DNA from: an uncultured delta proteobacterium
GTDB taxonomy: Bacteria > Desulfobacterota > Binatia > Binatales > Binataceae
Assembly (NCBI GenBank): GCA_963794325.1
Contig: CAWCDG010000004.1
Coordinates: 1,696,001-1,760,000, forward strand
DNA: 64,000 nt
Reading direction: 5' to 3'
How positions within the stretch are numbered: position 1 is the stretch's first letter; each line of letters opens with the position of its first letter. The translations under genes and the position numbers were made by a program. Shown here piece after piece: positions 58,831 through 64,000 of this stretch. The notes beneath the pieces were generated by a model that worked only from the letters and a program-made list of their open reading frames with translations, did no database searches and was not told where the DNA came from.

Positions 58831-59856
58831 TTTCGAATGCCAGGTCGCGCCGCCGTCGGAAGTCGCGAAACTCTTTCCGCGCTCCGTTGTGATAGTTGCG
58901 TCCTTCGCGCTGCTCGCCAACACCCGCGTAAGATTGTCGCTGATGGGCGCTGTGATGCGCACCCAATGATCGCCACCGTCTGTCGTGCGGATGATCGTCC
59001 CGCTAAGACCCACGACCCAACACACAGTCGCCGACGGCGCCGATCCCGCAACGAGATCATTGCTCACACCGCTCTGCTGCAGCCTCAACCCGGAATTGCT
59101 CGCGTCGCGTCGCCGCACGAATCCATTCTTACCCACGATCCACGTGACAGATCGGTCGGGCGACATGATCGTGACGAGCACTTCACCACCGATCGCTCCA
59201 CCCGCGCCAGCGCCAGCCGGGGCCGCCTGCGCGACCATCGCGCGTGGGCCTGGAACCTGCGCGCTCTCCATTCGATGGAGACGCGCGCCGCCGCTCATCG
59301 CTTCCGCGCGAGGCGCCAGCTGCGTCTTCGCTTCATTCATCGCGAGCTCGTTCGAGGCTGGCGGCGCAGATGCGGGAGCGGGCGCGGCAGGTGCGGACGC
59401 TGATTCGGCGGCTGGCGATGCGGGCGCAGGTGCGGGCGCCCTTTCCGCAAGTTCGACGGCCGGAGCTTCATGCTTCGCCATCGCGACGAGCTGATCGCTT
59501 TGCGGCTGCTCATTCACGGACTGCCGTATCGCGACGAAAACGAGCAGCGCAGCGACGGCAGCGAGCGCGGGAATCGCGATTCGCCATCTTCGATACCACG
59601 GGACTTCAGATGCCGACTCCAAGCTGCGCGCACTCTCGCCGGCGCGAGCGATATCGGCCAACAGCAGCTGGCATCGCATGCAATCGGCGAAGTGCGTTTC
59701 CAGACGATCGCGTTCCGCCGCCGCCAATGACCGATCGCTGTACGCTGCGAGCGATTCCGCGTCGGCGCATTCGGGCGTAGCCGGACCGGCTTGCGCGCGC
59801 ATCGCACGGCGCAGAATCGGGTCGAGCTGATCGTTATTTCGATTGGCCGGCGTCAC
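58828..59856 (-). CDS. Anti-sigma factor: zf-HC2 + TM + YCF48/BNR-like C-terminal repeats
   Basis: H.ADC.RC; TM helix; WVVG..G.I.RTTDGG.HW, TSDGG.TW. Confidence 0.85.
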   Translation of the reverse strand: MTPANRNNDQLDPILRRAMRAQAGPATPECADAESLAAYSDRSLAAAERDRLETHFADCMRCQLLLADIARAGESARSLESASEVPWYRRWRIAIPALAAVAALLVFVAIRQSVNEQPQSDQLVAMAKHEAPAVELAERAPAPAPASPAAESASAPAAPAPASAPPASNELAMNEAKTQLAPRAEAMSGGARLHRMESAQVPGPRAMVAQAAPAGAGAGGAIGGEVLVTIMSPDRSVTWIVGKNGFVRRRDASNSGLRLQQSGVSNDLVAGSAPSATVCWVVGLSGTIIRTTDGGDHWVRITAPISDNLTRVLASSAKDATITTERGKSFATSDGGATWHSK

Positions 59857-59920
59857 GTCGTCACTATCCTTCTACACTTTGAACGTGCGGCCGCCCGAAA
59901 ATTGCACTGTGATTGTTGCC

Positions 59921-60784
59921 TCATTTGGGGTCCGGGAGCGCGCGCGACAGATCGATCTGCAAATCGCCCGCAGCCCAATCATAACACAGCAGGATCTGCT
60001 CGCGGCTGAGCTGGTTGCCCTCGCGCAGCGCGCGCTCGATCTCGCGTTTGAGTCCATCGCGCGTGCGTGCCAACCGGCGCGACACCGTGGATTCATGCTC
60101 GTCCATCACGCGGCCAATCTCCTTGAGCGACAGGTCGTGCCGGTAGTAGTACGCCATCCGCATCCGGTCCCGCGGCGCGAGCGACTTGAGCGCATTGTCG
60201 AGCGCTTCGCCCAGCATCGCGACGTAGCGGGCGCGCTCACCGGATTCCTCGCCATGGTCGTCGCTCGATGCAGCAGCCTGATCGGCGTGATCGTCCAGCG
60301 GCGCGATACGGCTCTGAGAGCGGATGTAATCGACGTGGCGCTGCGCCAGCACCGCTCGCATCCAGGTGAGAAGAGAGCTGCGGCCGTGAAAGTAGCTGAG
60401 GATCGAGCGGCGGCGACCGTCGCGAACTTCCATCCCGTACATCTCGGCCCACAAAGAATCCGCGAGATCGCGGCCGCGGGCCTCATCGCCGGCAATCGCG
60501 CGCGCCGCGGCATAGAGCTGCGGCCTGAAACCCGTGATGAAATGCTCCCACGGCGCGGATTCGCCGTGCTGACACGCGAGCGCGAGGCTCAGGTCTTCGG
60601 CGTGGATAGCGTCGATGAACGAATCGATGCCGGCCTCGAGCACGCCGGTCGCGCACGCGCCGCGATAGGCCGTATCGCGGAGCGACTCGTCGCTGACACC
60701 CCATCGAGCGCCGCCCGCGCGTTTGCAAAGCCGCTCCAGTGCGCGAGCATGTCGCGCGACGAACTCTGGCGGCGCTTCGCTCAC
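59921..60784 (-). CDS. ECF-type sigma-70 factor with N-terminal extension
   Basis: DL.LA.AC..G...W, GRSSL.TW.RAV; region 4 SLKEIG...HESTVSR.L.R. Confidence 0.85.
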   Translation of the reverse strand: MSEAPPEFVARHARALERLCKRAGGARWGVSDESLRDTAYRGACATGVLEAGIDSFIDAIHAEDLSLALACQHGESAPWEHFITGFRPQLYAAARAIAGDEARGRDLADSLWAEMYGMEVRDGRRRSILSYFHGRSSLLTWMRAVLAQRHVDYIRSQSRIAPLDDHADQAAASSDDHGEESGERARYVAMLGEALDNALKSLAPRDRMRMAYYYRHDLSLKEIGRVMDEHESTVSRRLARTRDGLKREIERALREGNQLSREQILLCYDWAAGDLQIDLSRALPDPK

Positions 60785-60955
60785 GTTGGTCGCCGACTTA
60801 CCACGCGATCGAGGATAGACAAGAGGACGCGCATTCGGAATCGTGCGCGCAAAGAATCTGCGTGCGGCTTCGACGAGCCGTTCTTAAAGGAGAACAGTAC
60901 GGGAACCCAGTCCGCGCGTATCGCGCGTCTGAGTCTAGCGGTCCGCCCCCGCGGA

Positions 60956-61057
60956 TTAGCCGGCGGTGGTGGAGAGGTAACTCGCCAGCATCAGGGCCCC
61001 GACCGTCAATGCGGAACCCATGACCACGAATACCGCCATACGCGCCATGCTGCTCAT
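60956..61057 (-). CDS. Putative 33-aa single-TM small protein
   Basis: AGGAGA SD then MSSMARMAVFVVMGSALTVGALMLASYLSTTAG*. Confidence 0.5.
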   Translation of the reverse strand: MSSMARMAVFVVMGSALTVGALMLASYLSTTAG

Positions 61058-61247
61058 CGCAGATTCTCCTGGCGAAAAGCCCCCTGAAAGGCTGGCTTTC
61101 CGCAACTTCGGACATTACCACGCCTTATCTGACAAATCAGTTAGCGCGATGCTCCACAGTCGTCAAGAGGGGCGATAGCGGGGTGCAAATTCAGTCAAAC
61201 GTCGCTGAATTTGCTTGTTGCTTCGGGATAGGAGAGAACTCGGAACG

Positions 61248-61742
61248 ATGAAGATGATGCGCAGATGGGTTGGACTGATCGGGGCCGGGGTGCTCGCGAT
61301 GCTCTTGTTAGCGGCGTACGCGCAAGCGGCGGATGACGACTCGGCAGCGGTGCAGAATCAGATTCGTATCGCGCTCGAGAAGTGGAAACTCGATTTCAAC
61401 GCCCGCGACGCGTCGCAAGTCTGCGCGCTATTCGCTCCGGACTTAATTTCCAATTTTCGCGGCGAGCCCGAAGACACCTACAACTCTCTATGCGCCAATA
61501 TGCAGGCCGCGCTGACTGACCCGGCCAAGACTTATCACTACGAGCTGGAAATCAAGGAGATCCTGGTCTCGGGCGACCTCGCCGTCGTAAGGCTGGTGTG
61601 GACGCTCCACGTGCACCCAAAAGACAACACCGCATCTGGAACGACGACTCGCGAGCCCGGCATGGACATCTTCCGGCGCCAGCCCGACGGCAGTTGGAAG
61701 ATATCGAGATATATGGCGTATGAGTCGCCGGGTCCGACGTAG
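61248..61742 (+). CDS. Secreted NTF2-like (SnoaL/DUF4440) protein
   Basis: Signal peptide; FNARD, SGDLAVV, RRQPDGSWKI. Confidence 0.85.
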   Translation: MKMMRRWVGLIGAGVLAMLLLAAYAQAADDDSAAVQNQIRIALEKWKLDFNARDASQVCALFAPDLISNFRGEPEDTYNSLCANMQAALTDPAKTYHYELEIKEILVSGDLAVVRLVWTLHVHPKDNTASGTTTREPGMDIFRRQPDGSWKISRYMAYESPGPT

Positions 61743-61760
61743 AGAGAGGAACTGATTGTA

Positions 61761-61853
61761 TGTGAAACCCTCCGCGGGTTTCACGCTTCCGCGGCAGGGG
61801 TAACCCCTGCACCTTGGAATTAAGAAAGATGCGGGGCTTCGCCCCTGTTAGAA
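61761..61853. repeat. Composite REP-like element (copy of 5867-5966)
   Basis: Same two hairpins and the GATGCGGG.CTTCG.CCCTGTTAGAA tail. Confidence 0.9.
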
Positions 61854-61873
61854 GGGGCTAAGGGGAAGTGTCG

Positions 61874-61910
61874 GGCGCCGAGCGATCCTTTGTGATCGCT
61901 CGGCGCCTTT
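61874..61910. terminator. Hairpin between convergent genes, probable terminator
   Basis: GGCGCCGAGCGATC-6 nt-GATCGCTCGGCGCC followed by TTT. Confidence 0.65.
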
Positions 61911-61920
61911 ATCTTTGTGG

Positions 61921-62433
61921 CTAGTGCTTCTGATCGTAGTGGCGCTCGGAGGCCATATAGCGGTATGGGTGCGACTTCCAGTCGTGGCGCGCTATTGGAT
62001 GATTCTCGAGGTACTCGTGCAGTCCCGGGTGACTGTCGAGGTAGCCATGATTGTCGACGAGTGCCGGGTCCTTCTCGAGCTGCCGCGACACCTCGGGATG
62101 CGAGTCCATGTAGCGATCAGTGGTTGCCAGCGGATGTCCGCCGTTCCATTCGCGATGGTCGTGACGCCATTCGTCGCTCATGAAGCGGTACGGATGCTGC
62201 TGCAGGTCGCGTCTTACTTCCGGATGCGCCGACATGTAGGCGTCGAGACCCGGATGAGTCGCGAGGAATTGCGGGTTATCCGCCAGCGAAGGATTGGCTC
62301 CCAATTGATGCGCGACTTCGGGATGCTCGTCGAGGTAGCGGTTGTCGAAGTGGCCGACCGGGCCGGCGAAGGCGGTCGCGCTAATCGCGCCGGCGAAGGC
62401 TATCGCCGCTAAAATTGTGATGGATTTTTTCAT
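61921..62433 (-). CDS. Secreted His-Pro-rich two-repeat protein
   Basis: SD AGGAG; signal peptide (AFA); duplicated Y.D.HPEV..QL..(N/D)P.L.DN..L..HPGL..Y...HP....D...HPYR unit. Confidence 0.8.
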   Translation of the reverse strand: MKKSITILAAIAFAGAISATAFAGPVGHFDNRYLDEHPEVAHQLGANPSLADNPQFLATHPGLDAYMSAHPEVRRDLQQHPYRFMSDEWRHDHREWNGGHPLATTDRYMDSHPEVSRQLEKDPALVDNHGYLDSHPGLHEYLENHPIARHDWKSHPYRYMASERHYDQKH

Positions 62434-62655
62434 GATTGATCTCCTGTTCTAGCAACGCGCGTTTTGCGCTGTTGTTGGTTGCTGCGATGAGAGTGAGACG
62501 GGGTGTATCGCGGATTCGTTTACATCGCGTCGGTGGAATTTTGATCGGAGCGTGTAAACGAACATTAAGGTTGTTTCGTCAAATGGGTCGGGAATTTGTA
62601 ATATCGGTCGCGGGCCGATTTGTTTCAGTTTTGACGCGTCCCGGGACTGATTACG

Positions 62656-63225
62656 GTGGAGCTTTCCGATGAGGACCTGTGCAGGAGAATCGCCGAGCGC
62701 GATGCGGACGCATTCGAGCTCATGGTCGACCGCCATCAGGCGCGTGCGTACCGGCTCGCGGCGTCAATCCTCGGCAACGAGGCCGACGCGCGCGACGTCT
62801 CGCAGGACGCGTTCATTCGCTTGTACGAGTCGGCGGCGCAGTTCGATAGGCGATCGCGCTTTTCGACCTGGTTCTACCGGATCCTGGTCAATTTGTGCAT
62901 CGACCATCAGCGCAAGAATCGATGGTGGAAGCGGCTGTCGCCGCTTGCGACTCCCGGAATCGACGACCCCGACGAACGCGCTTTCGATCCGCCGTCGAGC
63001 GAGGCCGGTCCCGAAGAAGACGTGATGTTGAAACAATCGATAAGCCGGCTTCGTCCGGCGCTCGCGAAGCTGTCGCCGCAACAGCGTGCCGCCGTCTTGC
63101 TGCAGACGCAGGAGGGGCTCTCCAGCCGCGAGATTGGCGAGGTGCTCAAGTGCTCGGAAGCGACCGCGCGCGTGCATGTGCATCGCGGGATCGCGCAGCT
63201 GCGCAAATTGATTTCGAACGACTGA
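62656..63225 (+). CDS. ECF RNA polymerase sigma factor (RpoE/SigW-like)
   Basis: DVSQDAF, FSTWFYRI.VN.CID, EIG..L. Confidence 0.92.
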   Translation: MELSDEDLCRRIAERDADAFELMVDRHQARAYRLAASILGNEADARDVSQDAFIRLYESAAQFDRRSRFSTWFYRILVNLCIDHQRKNRWWKRLSPLATPGIDDPDERAFDPPSSEAGPEEDVMLKQSISRLRPALAKLSPQQRAAVLLQTQEGLSSREIGEVLKCSEATARVHVHRGIAQLRKLISND

Positions 63226-63230
63226 CCACG

Positions 63231-63788
63231 ATGGCTACTACTCATCCAGAGACCGAACTAATCCCGTATCTGCGCAATGAGTTGAGCGCGGATGAACGCG
63301 AGCGGGTCGGGGCGCATCTGGCGCGATGTGCGCAGTGTCGCGAGTCGGCCGAGGCGTCGTCGGCGATGCTGTCGAATCTCGCGCGTGTGGTCGATGACGT
63401 CAGTGAGCCGGATTGGGCGGCGTACCGCGGCGAGCTAAGACGCAAGCTGCGCGCGAGCCAGTCACCGAGCGCAAGCGTTCGCGGCCGGTGGCGATGGCGG
63501 CGAGAGGACCTTCGATTGCCGGTCTTCGGCTGGCCGTCGATGGCGATGGGCGCGGCGGCGGTCGCCGTGCTCGCGATCGCAATCGTGATGCATCGTGGGG
63601 CAGGAAGTTCGCAAGCACCCGGCGTCGATCAGCTCGAACTGCAACAGGAGCTGAGCAGCACGGATGTCGGCCTGCTGGCGAATTATCACGTCGTCGAGCA
63701 TCTCGATTTGCTCGAGAACTACGACGTGATCGAGCATCTGGATGAGCTGGGGCCCGGGAATCGCCAGAACAATGAAACGCCTTCGTAA
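63231..63788 (+). CDS. zf-HC2 anti-sigma factor
   Basis: HLARCAQC, TM helix, LDLLENY. Confidence 0.85.
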   Translation: MATTHPETELIPYLRNELSADERERVGAHLARCAQCRESAEASSAMLSNLARVVDDVSEPDWAAYRGELRRKLRASQSPSASVRGRWRWRREDLRLPVFGWPSMAMGAAAVAVLAIAIVMHRGAGSSQAPGVDQLELQQELSSTDVGLLANYHVVEHLDLLENYDVIEHLDELGPGNRQNNETPS

Positions 63789-64000
63789 AGTGGCAGCGAC
63801 GACGCTCGTGGCGGTCATACTGGTGGTTTTCGAAAATGGGAGGATTTCGGCGCAGGAGGCGCCGCCGGATTTGAAAATGCTGATGAACCTCGACCTCTTC
63901 GAACCACGCCATGGTGGCATCGCAAGGCACGCCGGGGGCGGGCGCATCAGGCGACGACTCGATGCTCGATCAAATTCGCACGCTCGACGCTATGGGATAC
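63772..64000 (+). CDS. Secreted hypothetical protein (3' truncated; possible frameshift near 63940)
   Basis: Signal-like N-terminus overlapping the anti-sigma stop; LMNLDLF. Confidence 0.5.
   Translation, partial: MKRLRKVAATTLVAVILVVFENGRISAQEAPPDLKMLMNLDLFEPRHGGIARHAGGGRIRRRLDARSNSHARRYGI

Overview
GC-rich bacterial chromosome segment. Gene content suggests Candidatus Binatota or a related soil lineage (inference). It carries housekeeping and metabolic genes: several SDRs, methyltransferases, dacA, the ffh-rpsP-khpA-rimM-trmD-SPOUT-rplS cluster, an Opp-type peptide ABC transporter and two ECF sigma/anti-sigma pairs. An exbB-exbD-exbD motor operon has a VWA-domain protein in the TonB position. 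A ~12.5 kb accessory block splits the opp genes. It holds a ~6 kb cassette bounded by identical 69-bp direct repeats (beta-propeller, DsbA, giant Cys-rich secreted protein), a frameshifted nuclease/SEC-C gene, and a cargo-carrying IS1595 element with 24-bp TIRs and an unusually long 28-bp direct repeat, inserted next to two parS palindromes. Intergenic DNA holds at least five families of REP-like palindromic modules in shuffled combinations. Single-base frameshifts in several genes may be assembly errors. No rRNA, tRNA or CRISPR array was recognised. Family names come from motif recognition, not database searches.
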